A DNA stretch of 64,000 nt from Bryobacterales bacterium (lineage in GTDB: Bacteria > Acidobacteriota > Terriglobia > Bryobacterales > Bryobacteraceae), in the NCBI GenBank assembly GCA_963743705.1, contig CAVUQS010000013.1, forward strand, positions 5,415-69,414, written 5' to 3'. The translations under genes and the position numbers were made by a program. Position 1 is the stretch's first letter. Each line of letters begins with the position of its first letter. Positions 9,121 through 16,841 of this stretch are shown here, piece after piece. The notes below the pieces were generated by a model. That model saw only the letters and a list, made by a program, of their open reading frames with translations, made no database searches and was not told where the DNA came from.

Positions 9121-9659
9121 TGATTGTGCTAGTGACTGCGATAGTCGGTCTGTATGGTCAGCACGCACCTCCTGATCGCGATAGGATCGTGAATCAGCGG
9201 TACGCGTTTTCTGTGATGCGCCCGCGTGGATGGTTCGTTTTCGAGGGCGGAGATCTCCCGTCGTTCTATAACTTTCGAGCGGAGGAGTCGCTTCCTCAAG
9301 GCGAACTTCCTCGCGGGGGTGCAGAGATCAGGATGATGGCCAAGTCCATTGCAGCCGATCAGCCCCAAGATAGCCTCAATGTTTGGGTGACATCGTTGGT
9401 TACCCGTGAGCGCGGGATCAACCTCGGCGAGCGCACCAACTCTACCTCTGCAAAGGGCCTGCCGCCCGGCGTTGTTACAGTTGAATTTGACCAACCTCCA
9501 CTCGGGCAGCCGGGTGACTTCCTCCACGGCGTTCTGGTGGCTTGGCATGGTCAGAGGGGTTTTTTATGTGCATTGCTGACATTTATTAAGGGCGATCCGA
9601 AGGCTGACGACCACCGGCGCAGCCTCGTCGATCTGATACGTAGTTTCCGGTCGCTTTGA
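9108..9659 (+). CDS. Candidate immunity protein for CT4; exported
   Basis: The ATG overlaps the toxin 3' end by 13 nt. The signal peptide is MQRLVIVLVTAIVGLYGQ. It is AT-richer than its surroundings, and I recognise no family. Confidence 0.65.
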   Translation: MQRLVIVLVTAIVGLYGQHAPPDRDRIVNQRYAFSVMRPRGWFVFEGGDLPSFYNFRAEESLPQGELPRGGAEIRMMAKSIAADQPQDSLNVWVTSLVTRERGINLGERTNSTSAKGLPPGVVTVEFDQPPLGQPGDFLHGVLVAWHGQRGFLCALLTFIKGDPKADDHRRSLVDLIRSFRSL

Positions 9660-9772
9660 TAGCGGGCAAAACTTTTCATGAAAACGCCCCTATACTCACT
9701 TGTCTCGGGACCCACGGGGTTGAACACCGCCCTCGCAGGCGCGGAAGCTGCATATTGCGCATACAAGACCAA

Positions 9773-10309
9773 ATGAGCGAGCAGCGACTCATTAGAAATC
9801 TTGTCGGAGCAACATTCCACGTTGCAAGCGCGCTCTGGTTAGGGCTCGCCTTGGCTGGATGGATACTAGTTTCTCGACCGGAGACCGGAAAGCACTCTCA
9901 TTTGATTGGGTGGGGTGTCCTATTGGCTGCGATCGTGATAATGCTAGCTACAATGAGCCTGTGGATTAGGCTTCTTAGCGCGCTATTCGGAGGCTGCATC
10001 CTGATGGGAGTTATCGCAGTTTTTACAGGGCGAGTACCCAATGGAGCACCATTTTCTCGTCCCATTGCTGCTATCCTCACGGCTCTACTTCTTTGCTGTG
10101 GCATGATCTCGCGGAGTATGGCTAAGCGCCCTCTAACGATTTTAGACCGCGTAATGCTTGTAGCGTTCTTGGCTGTATTTGCAGGGGGGCTTGTCGAGGG
10201 AACCCCGACATCAAGTGTGGTTGGGCTTAGTGTCGGACTCTGTTGTCTTCTTGTCACGCGGATTCACAGCCGGCGCAACAACTCGCGCCAGGATATTACT
10301 GATACGTGA
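9773..10309 (+). CDS. Multi-pass membrane protein, unknown function (possible extra immunity gene at the array end)
   Basis: Starting from ATG 9773 (MSEQRLIRNL...) there are 5-6 hydrophobic helices (ALWLGLALAGWILV, GWGVLLAAIVIMLA, LFGGCILMGVIAVF, IAAILTALLLCCGMI, VMLVAFLAVFAGGLV, VVGLSVGLCCLLV). The ORF track start is 9656. Confidence 0.55.
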   Translation: MSEQRLIRNLVGATFHVASALWLGLALAGWILVSRPETGKHSHLIGWGVLLAAIVIMLATMSLWIRLLSALFGGCILMGVIAVFTGRVPNGAPFSRPIAAILTALLLCCGMISRSMAKRPLTILDRVMLVAFLAVFAGGLVEGTPTSSVVGLSVGLCCLLVTRIHSRRNNSRQDITDT

Positions 10310-10979
10310 TGGGGCAGGATTACGCGAATGCACGGAAGCCTTTCCGCTCTCCGTATTAGAACCGGCCTTTTTCCGGAAGTGCGAGCTCGAACGCCCCGAG
10401 ACAGCACGTGATGAACGAAGCGAAGCTGAGAGAGTGGCTCGGCTCGCTTCTGGGTGGTGTCCAGGGTATGTCTCCTCCCTCCGTTCGGTCCAAGCGGCCT
10501 CATCTCAGCCACTCCCGTCGGTTATCGTCGACGGGGTACACTATCGTCTTTCGCTATTAGGTCTACAGACAAAGATCTCCGTCGAGGTCACCAGCCTCGG
10601 AACTCTCGATCAAGGCATGGAAGCTGACCCGGTCGCCCGTACGATGCGCCGGATACGTCAGGAGGCTATACGTGAGTTCGATACTCCGGCATGGCCCACT
10701 TCGATATTTACATTTGGCCCACCTGAGAATTGATATTTCGCCTCAGTTCGCCGACTTTCGGTAAGTCCTCTCGGTATTCCCCAACGCTGGGAATGCGTCG
10801 CCACACTGCAATTTTGCCACTGGACCTGGCGGCCATTCACCTGAGTTCCAGGGAAAAGCGATTTTTTTGTAACGGCTTTCCGTTCAATAGTTCAACTGTG
10901 GAAATCGCTCGGAGGCTGCGGCCAAATGCGCGGTGAAGGCTGGCGCACCTGCTATGAAGGGAATGGGCGGTGATGGGGG

Positions 10980-11753
10980 TTGGAGTTCTTCAAGGAATGG
11001 AAGAGGGTTCAGAGAAACCCGACGACGGAGGTTCTTCGAGTCAGCGAGTTTGCGCGGCGCAGATTGGGATTCGAGGCGGATGACCGGCAGGCGGCGGCGC
11101 TGAATTCGCAGGCGAAGCGCGGGATTCTGAATTGTACGCGGCAGTGGGGGAAATCGACCGTGCTGGCGGTGAAGGCGGTGCATCGGGCGTGGACGGTGGC
11201 GGGGAGCCTGGTGCTGGTGGCGAGTCCGTCGGAGCGGCAGAGCGCGGAGTTCTTGCGGAAGGCCGCGGGGTTCTTGATGAGGCTGGGCGTGCCTCGCCGG
11301 GGCGACGGCGATAATGCGAGCTCGTTGGCGCTGCCGAACGGGAGCCGGATCGTGGGGCTGCCGGGGACCGAGGGAACGGTGCGCGGGTTCTCGGCGGTCT
11401 CGATGCTGCTGATCGATGAAGCGGCGCGCGTGCAGGATGCGACTTATAAGTCGCTGCGTCCGATGCTGGCGGTGGGTAAGGGCGACTTATGGCTGATGAG
11501 TACGCCGAGGGGACAGCGCGGGTTTTTTTATGAGTCTTGGATTAATGGCGGGGAGACTTGGGAGCGGCATTCGGTTCCGGCGACGGAGTGTCCGCGGATT
11601 GAGGCGGGGTTTTTGGAGGAGGAGCGGGGCGAGTTGGGGAGTACGTGGTTTGCGCAGGAGTATTTGTGTGAGTTCGTGGATGGCGGCGGTGGGTGGTTCG
11701 GGCGGAGGTTGGTGGAAGGCGCGTTAAGCGGGGATGAGCCGCTGTGGTTGTGA
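10980..11753 (+). CDS. Phage terminase large subunit, N-terminal ATPase part (gene interrupted at its 3' end by a repeat element)
   Basis: Walker A-like CTRQWGKST and Walker B-like MLLIDEAA are present, along with the MSTPRGQRGFFY motif region. The last ~10 codons and the stop are encoded by the tandem repeat that starts at about 11722. Confidence 0.7.
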   Translation: MEFFKEWKRVQRNPTTEVLRVSEFARRRLGFEADDRQAAALNSQAKRGILNCTRQWGKSTVLAVKAVHRAWTVAGSLVLVASPSERQSAEFLRKAAGFLMRLGVPRRGDGDNASSLALPNGSRIVGLPGTEGTVRGFSAVSMLLIDEAARVQDATYKSLRPMLAVGKGDLWLMSTPRGQRGFFYESWINGGETWERHSVPATECPRIEAGFLEEERGELGSTWFAQEYLCEFVDGGGGWFGRRLVEGALSGDEPLWL

Positions 11754-11990
11754 GGGGGGAAGAACTTTGACGCAGAGGCGCGGAGGCGCAGAGATATGGA
11801 GAGCAACGCGAGGATGCGGGGATGAGGGGCGTGAGCGGAGATGAGCGGTTGTAGTTTGGGAGTGGTGAGGGTGAAAGGCTTTGACGCAGAGACGCGGAGG
11901 CGCAGAGATACGGAGAGCAACGCGAGGATGCGGGGATGAGGGGCGGGCGGAGGCTTGGAGGTTGTCAGGGGGTACGTGAATCATCGACGG
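11722..11990 (+). repeat. Tandem repeat, ~115-bp unit x about 2.3 (motif ctttgacgcagaggcgcggaggcgcagaga.a.ggagagcaacgcgaggatgcggggatgagggg)
   Basis: Units start near 11722 (partial), 11758 and 11873 and are near-identical by eye. A diverged copy of the same family lies at 38581-38650. Confidence 0.8.
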
Positions 11991-12002
11991 CGCGGGGGCG
12001 AG

Positions 12003-12040
12003 CTAAAGCTCGCTGCAGGCTGAAGGCCTGCCCTACAGCG
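12003..12040. repeat. REP-like hairpin element (gcaggc-tgaag-gcctgc core)
   Basis: gctaaagctcgctgcaggctgaaggcctgccctacagcg. A close paralog, gcgaaagcccgctgcaggctgaagcctgccccactgt, lies at 61521-61556. A variant, cgcaggccaggaggcctacgcc, lies at 38717-38740. Confidence 0.7.
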
Positions 12041-12050
12041 AAAGAGGATT

Positions 12051-12684
12051 ATGTTTTTTGTGGGGGTGGATTTGGGGCAACGGCGAGACCATACGGCGGT
12101 GGCGGTGGTGGAGCGAATAGCGGGAGAGTCGCGGACGTTCGATCCGGTGGCGTGGAGGACTCGCGCGGAGGCTTTGCCGGATGAGTGGGTGGTGCGGTAC
12201 CTGGAGAGGATGCCGTTGGGGACGCCTTATACGGAGGTGACGGCGCGGATTGTGGCGCTGGCGCGGCATGAGCAATTGCGGGGCAAATGCCAACTGGTGG
12301 TGGACGCGACGGGCGTCGGGCGCGCCGGTGGTGGACATGCTGCGGGCGGCGCGGCCGGGATGCGCGATCGCGCCGGTGTGGATTACGGGCGGGCAGAAGG
12401 AACGATTCGATGGCGCGCTGTGGCATGTGCCGAAGCTGGATCTGCTGGCGCGGCTGCAGGCGCTGCTGGAAACGAAACGGCTGCGGATCGCGCGGAGTCT
12501 GCGGGACGCGGGGACGCTGGTGCGGGAGCTGGTGAGCATGCGATCGGAACGCCAGCGGAGCGGACATTTGAAAATCGGGGCGGAAGGCGCGGGTGAGCAC
12601 GATGACCTGGCGCTGGCTGTGGCCCTCGCCGTATGGCCGGGACGGAAGGCGCGCGGGGGGGAACAGGGCGCGCGGCTACTCTAA
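12051..12684 (+). pseudogene. Phage terminase large subunit, C-terminal RNaseH-like nuclease part, frameshifted
   Basis: 12051..12596 starts FFVGVDLGQRRDHTAVAVVE ... LVVDATGVG. The sense frame then continues in 12250..12684 (PVVDMLRAARPG...ITGGQKERFDGALWHVPKLDLL...GEHDDLALAVALAVW). The frame switch is near 12318-12330. Confidence 0.7.
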
Positions 12685-12957
12685 CGTGAGGTTCATATAA
12701 AATGGAAAATGCGAACTGAGATTTGGGTGTGCGGTTGAGGAATTGGTCACCATAGGGACGAGGATCGCACCTATTCCGCAACCAATGTGCCATCCCCGGA
12801 ACCCAAGGCACGCTCTCAGGTAATAGGCCTTGGGCGGACGCGCTGTCGGCGTTTCCCGGAATAACGCGGTCAACCGGTTTGGCCGTTAACCGGAGCGTTA
12901 TGAGTCGAATCCTATCCGAGGAGCCAATCATTTCCACCTCGCATTTGTGCTGTTCTC

Positions 12958-13011
12958 GGTTGGCTCAGCATTCGCGTAATTTGCGCCAAAATGGCAAGAT
13001 TTGCGCGTTCT
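12958..13011. repeat. Intergenic repeat with an internal a(t/a)ttgcgc(c/g) direct repeat (paralog at 23010-23064)
   Basis: ggttggctcagcattcgcgtaatttgcgccaaaatggcaagatttgcgcgttct compared with ggttggccaagcattcgtgtaacttgcgccgaaatagccggaatttgcgccttct; about 80% identical by eye. Confidence 0.6.
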
Positions 13012-13269
13012 GGGTTTGGCTGGAGAGAAAGTCAAAACCTGCAGGAGGCGTCAAACTTGGTCGAGTACGGGGCAGTTTCTCATATTCTCCGAACTGGCCG
13101 GCTCTTTTGGTTAACGGGCGAGTTTGGCGCTTCTTTGCTTCATCGCCGGCGTGTTTGCGGCGAGAGCCGCCAAGACAATGGGGAAATCCTGATCTCCATT
13201 CCTCCTGCTGGTACTTGCCGTTAGTTGGCTGCTCTTGTCCAAGGCGCGTAAGGCGCTCAATCTGACGGG

Positions 13270-13701
13270 ATGAAGGCCTTCATTGTAGTATTCCTCGTTT
13301 GCTGCGCCGGCTGCGCTTGACGGCCGGCCGCGTGCAGGCCGCCCACGCCTGTGATCAGTACGGCATCCGGCCTAGCGATGCCGATGGCGAAGCTCATGAT
13401 CTTTGGCGGGGAAGATCACAAGGTGTATCTGCGCTGTTTAAACTGCTCCAGCATCGCGCCTGATTCGGTGCATAACAGCATCGGGCCGCACGGCAGCAAC
13501 ATCGCACATTCTGAACAGTATTAGCCCGTTCGGTTCTTCGATCAGCCCCTACAGCCCCTGCAACACCATCGGGATGTCGCCACCCTTGGTAGCGGATTCA
13601 GCAGGCCGCTTCTACGGGTACCTCACGCTCAACACGATCAAGACTCAACGCTACGAAAACGCTGCCGTGAATGGATGGCTGTGCGGCATTTGCGAGAAGT
13701 A
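13270..13701 (+). pseudogene. Small lipoprotein-type secreted protein, disrupted by an in-frame TGA and one frameshift
   Basis: ATG 13270 gives MKAFIVVFLVCCAGCA, followed by TGA at 13318. The same frame continues ...MAKLMIFGGEDHKVYLRCLNCSSIAPDSVHNSIGPHGSNIAHSEQY and stops at about 13522. A shifted frame continues SPFGSSISPYSPCNTIGMSPPLVADSAGRFYGYLTLNTIKTQRYENAAVNGWLCGICEK up to the stop at 13701. Confidence 0.45.
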
Positions 13702-14099
13702 GGCTGGACCTTCCGCGATGAAACGAGGATCATGGCGATGAGCGCATTCATCGTGGGTTTCTAGGTCGGCCGGAGCGCTCCCGTTCGTGAGCCATCGAAT
13801 CCGCGCATTCTCCGCGTTGGCGAAGATTTTGCCGCCGAATTTCGGACGACAAGGTTGTCTTCGCGGTGAGATCGGCGGCGGAAGCCGCCGGACCCCAGCT
13901 TTGCATGAATTTCAAAGACAACATGAACGTGCGCGCCTTCGACTCAGGCGGATCGCACGCTGGAATGTACGTTACACCACGCTAAGTGGAATAATTCCTG
14001 CCTCGACAGGATTGGAACGCCGTATCCAGAGTTCCAAACTGGAACCCTGATAGGGAAGTTACTCAGCCACTGCCTTCGGGCGAGTTGCGGGAGGTCAAT

Positions 14100-14924
14100 A
14101 TGGGGATTGGCGCTAGACGAACCGCCATCGTAGGTTTGTCTGTCATGTTTGTAGCCTTGCTTCCGGCGTGGGCCGATGCGGGCGCCGGCATGGCCGCGTT
14201 CAAGAGAGGCGATTACGCGATCGCTTATCGAGAGTGGAGAGCGGCTGCCGAAAAAGGTGAACCTGAAGCGGAGTACGACCTGGGCGTGCTTTATGCGAAA
14301 GGCTTGGGAGTGGGCCGCGACCTGGATGCCGCAAAACAGTGGTATGAGGCGGCAGCTTTAAAGGGGAATGCTCAAGCCGAGTTCAGCCTCGGTCAGATGT
14401 ACGCCCAGGGATGGGGCATTCCACCGGATGACGCCGCGGCCGTGCATTGGATGGAATTGGCTCGCAGTAGGAACTCCTCCAATGCCGACGATCAGGACTT
14501 GGCATGGTTTCCCCTGGACGACTACGGCATGCGGCCGGATTATTCGAAGGCGGTATATTGGTATCGCCTTTCCGCCGATCAGGGACACGCCGAAGCTCAA
14601 TACGAGTTGGCCAGTCTATACTCTCAAGGCAAGGGCGTGCCCCGTGACCAGACCGAGGCGTTCCAACTACTGAAAGCGGCCGCTAACCAGGGCTTCACCA
14701 AGGCTGAGACGTCCTTAGGGCGGCGCTATGAGTTGGGGCGCGGAGTCGAAAAAAATGAGTCGCAGGCTTTCTTTTGGTACACGGTAGCGGCACGGCGCGG
14801 CGATAAGATGGCGCAGAAATTGCGGATCGAGCTAGCCGGCCATATGCCCGCCGACCAATTGAACAAGGCGGAAGTTGCTGCCGTATCGTGGCATCCTATC
14901 ACTCCCGCTTCCGTAAGGCAATGA
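14100..14924 (+). CDS. Sel1-like (SLR) tetratricopeptide repeat protein, exported
   Basis: The signal is MGIGARRTAIVGLSVMFVALLPAWA. Sel1 repeats are present: AEYDLGVLYAKGLGVGRDLDAAKQWYEAAALKGNAQAEFSLGQMYAQGWG..., YELASLYSQGKGVPRDQTEAFQLLKAAANQG. The ORF track start is 14085 (TTG). Confidence 0.85.
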   Translation: MGIGARRTAIVGLSVMFVALLPAWADAGAGMAAFKRGDYAIAYREWRAAAEKGEPEAEYDLGVLYAKGLGVGRDLDAAKQWYEAAALKGNAQAEFSLGQMYAQGWGIPPDDAAAVHWMELARSRNSSNADDQDLAWFPLDDYGMRPDYSKAVYWYRLSADQGHAEAQYELASLYSQGKGVPRDQTEAFQLLKAAANQGFTKAETSLGRRYELGRGVEKNESQAFFWYTVAARRGDKMAQKLRIELAGHMPADQLNKAEVAAVSWHPITPASVRQ

Positions 14925-15342
14925 ATGAGAGGATCTCCCGAGGACGGCGAGAGTCCGGTGGATGTGTTGCGAAAGAGAATGCGGGCCATCGCCGAAGCGA
15001 AAGGACTGCCCTACGAAGATCCGCCCAGAGACAACTTACAGATCCTCGCGGCGGACCACTGACCCTTGTGGAGGTCCTTCGCGGACGATAACAGCGCCAA
15101 CCGGGAACGGCGCTTGCCATCGTGCAAAACATTGCCAGACGAATTCGGAAGCTGGAGACAGCGTTTAAGCCGCCGGCGGAAACGGAGCAGTCTCGGGCTC
15201 TGAGAGCCCGGCTCGATACGGCGTACCTTGCCGGCGGTAGAGATCGCTACCGATATTTACTCTTAACGCACCTTGTTTCGTTGTTCCGTAGCGCGCCATC
15301 TCGACGGAGCAAGGAGCCGCGAGCCGTCGGCCTTCAGGCAGT

Positions 15343-15447
15343 AGTTTCGTCGCGGGCCTACTGGTCGCCGTCTCGATGGCCGCGAGCGCGATTCCGGCTT
15401 GGCGCGCTGCGCGGGTGGACCCGGTACGGGCGCTGAGGGAAGAGTGA
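15343..15447 (+). pseudogene. 3' remnant of an FtsX/MacB-type (ADOP) ABC permease gene
   Basis: Frame 1 reads FVAGLLVAVSMAASAIPAWRAARVDPVRALREE followed by a stop. This is the canonical last TM helix plus tail of FtsX-family permeases, and no upstream body is present. Confidence 0.6.
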
Positions 15448-15461
15448 GAGCTGATCGGTAA

Positions 15462-16841
15462 TCAGCTTTTGGGCCGGCGCTCCGCGTCGGCGATTGAGGA
15501 AATGTGCTCCCGCGAAGCAGTCAAAACATCCGCCTTTAGAGTGCGAGCGCGGGCGCGAAAGGTCTCGAACGATGCAACTACGCCATATGTGGCGATTACG
15601 ATCATGAATGGGTCGGTCGGGAAACGGTAACGTTCGACGACGAAAAGGAAATAGTAGGGAATGGGATAAACTAGCAGGATTGTCACGAGGAGTCCGCTCG
15701 GGTAATCGGAGCGCCGGCTTCGAAGCGCGCCGATCAGTAGAAACGGAAGCGGTACGATGATAATTGCGCGCTTGAACAGATCCAGACGCTCCGGCAGGCC
15801 TTGCAAATGCCCAATCCACCGGGCATCTTGGCCGAACCACCAGGCGAGAACGCGTCGGCCAGTCATGGTTGCGAAGCGGGCGGGGTTGTCGCGTATGAAC
15901 CCGATGGCTACCTGCCCGGACCAGCGATTATACTCTATCTCGCCCATCTGCCTGTAGCGCGCGAATTCTTCACGCGAGTCGACCGGGTGGAGGGACGCAT
16001 CGTAACCGCCAGTGGCGTCTTTCCAAGCGCCTTCGCTGTTCCCCAAACGAAGGGCGATGCCAGCAACTGTCCGCGGCGCCAATTGGCCCATTGTGATCGC
16101 ATTGCGAGCTATCCACGGCAGCAGCACGATCGAGCAGCCGACAATTACTATCGCCAACTCGCGGAGTCGCAATCTCTTTACCCTCCATAACCAAACGACG
16201 ATTGGCGGATAGGTCATCCCAGGCGCGGCGTCGACAAGGAGCAAAGCGCCCATAAGCGCTCCGAGCAATGCGATTTCGTGGGGCTTAGGTTCGGCGGGCA
16301 GGGCATACACGCAAACGACGATTAATGTAAACCCGCAAGTCAGCAGGGATGTGTTCCAGATTGTGCTGACTGAGTGCCAAACTGCGGGAGGGTAGAGTGC
16401 GAACAGCAGCGCCGCAAGCGAGCCGATGCGAGCACTGTAGATTCGGCAGCCGAGATGCGAAATCAGAACGCAAGTGAGCGCGGAAAACAGGACTTGCAGC
16501 AGGTAAACCGAGCAAGCGGCAGCCGTTGTGTAGATGCCGAAAATCCGGAACAGGACCGAGATCAGAAACGGATAAATGGGCGGCATCGCTCCAGTCGGTC
16601 CGGTGGGTTCCGGAAGCGGTGAGCTGTATCCAAGGCCGAGAGCAAGCGATCGGGCGATTCGACCAGTTTCATAGCCGAACGCCCAGTGATCGCGATCTGG
16701 CGGAATGTCATAGCTATGAAAATAGACCATCACGCCAAGCCGCACGGTCACGGCCAGCAGGACGATCCAGAGCATCCGTGACCGTCCGCCGGGAGCATCG
16801 CGTCGTGGCGCATCGATCAGGCGCACTAAGGCTGCACTCAT
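15462..16841 (-). CDS. Polytopic membrane glycosyltransferase, GT39/ArnT-PMT_2-like
   Basis: The 459-aa protein has about 10 or more hydrophobic helices. Its N-terminal region (WIVLLAVTVRLGVMVYFHSY...DHWAFGYETGRIARSLALGLGYSSPL) is typical of the family. The family assignment is by resemblance only. Confidence 0.55.
   Translation of the reverse strand: MSAALVRLIDAPRRDAPGGRSRMLWIVLLAVTVRLGVMVYFHSYDIPPDRDHWAFGYETGRIARSLALGLGYSSPLPEPTGPTGAMPPIYPFLISVLFRIFGIYTTAAACSVYLLQVLFSALTCVLISHLGCRIYSARIGSLAALLFALYPPAVWHSVSTIWNTSLLTCGFTLIVVCVYALPAEPKPHEIALLGALMGALLLVDAAPGMTYPPIVVWLWRVKRLRLRELAIVIVGCSIVLLPWIARNAITMGQLAPRTVAGIALRLGNSEGAWKDATGGYDASLHPVDSREEFARYRQMGEIEYNRWSGQVAIGFIRDNPARFATMTGRRVLAWWFGQDARWIGHLQGLPERLDLFKRAIIIVPLPFLLIGALRSRRSDYPSGLLVTILLVYPIPYYFLFVVERYRFPTDPFMIVIATYGVVASFETFRARARTLKADVLTASREHISSIADAERRPKS

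Noticed and set aside
10179-10733. 184-aa ORF downstream of the membrane protein. A nicer N-terminus (MNEAKLREWLGSLLGG) lies in another frame near 10409.
   Set aside because: It has no credible in-frame start after the upstream gene and appears to need a frameshift. It is probably another decayed gene in this zone, but I cannot define it.
11722-11990. The tandem ~115-bp repeats were considered as a possible CRISPR-like array.
   Set aside because: There are only about 2.3 units, with no unique spacers (the units abut directly) and no cas genes. The unit is far longer than CRISPR repeats.
12893-12927. Segment gagtcgaatcctatccgaggagcca, resembling a tRNA T-loop/acceptor 3' end (a possible att remnant).
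   Set aside because: No complementary T-stem or 5' acceptor strand is found within ~80 nt upstream, so no cloverleaf can be drawn. The resemblance is too short to support a tRNA fragment call.
12990-13006. tggcaagatttgcg within the shared intergenic repeat looked like a sigma-54 -24/-12 promoter.
   Set aside because: The GG-to-GC spacing is 10 nt rather than the required 12, and the paralogous copy lacks TGGCA.
14930-15340. Short frames reading SPVDVLRKRMRAIAEAKGLPYEDPPRDNLQILAADH and VQNIARRIRKLETAFKPPAETEQSRALRARLD.
   Set aside because: They look protein-like, but they are under 60 aa or lack clear starts, and I recognise no family. They sit in the decay zone next to the FtsX remnant.
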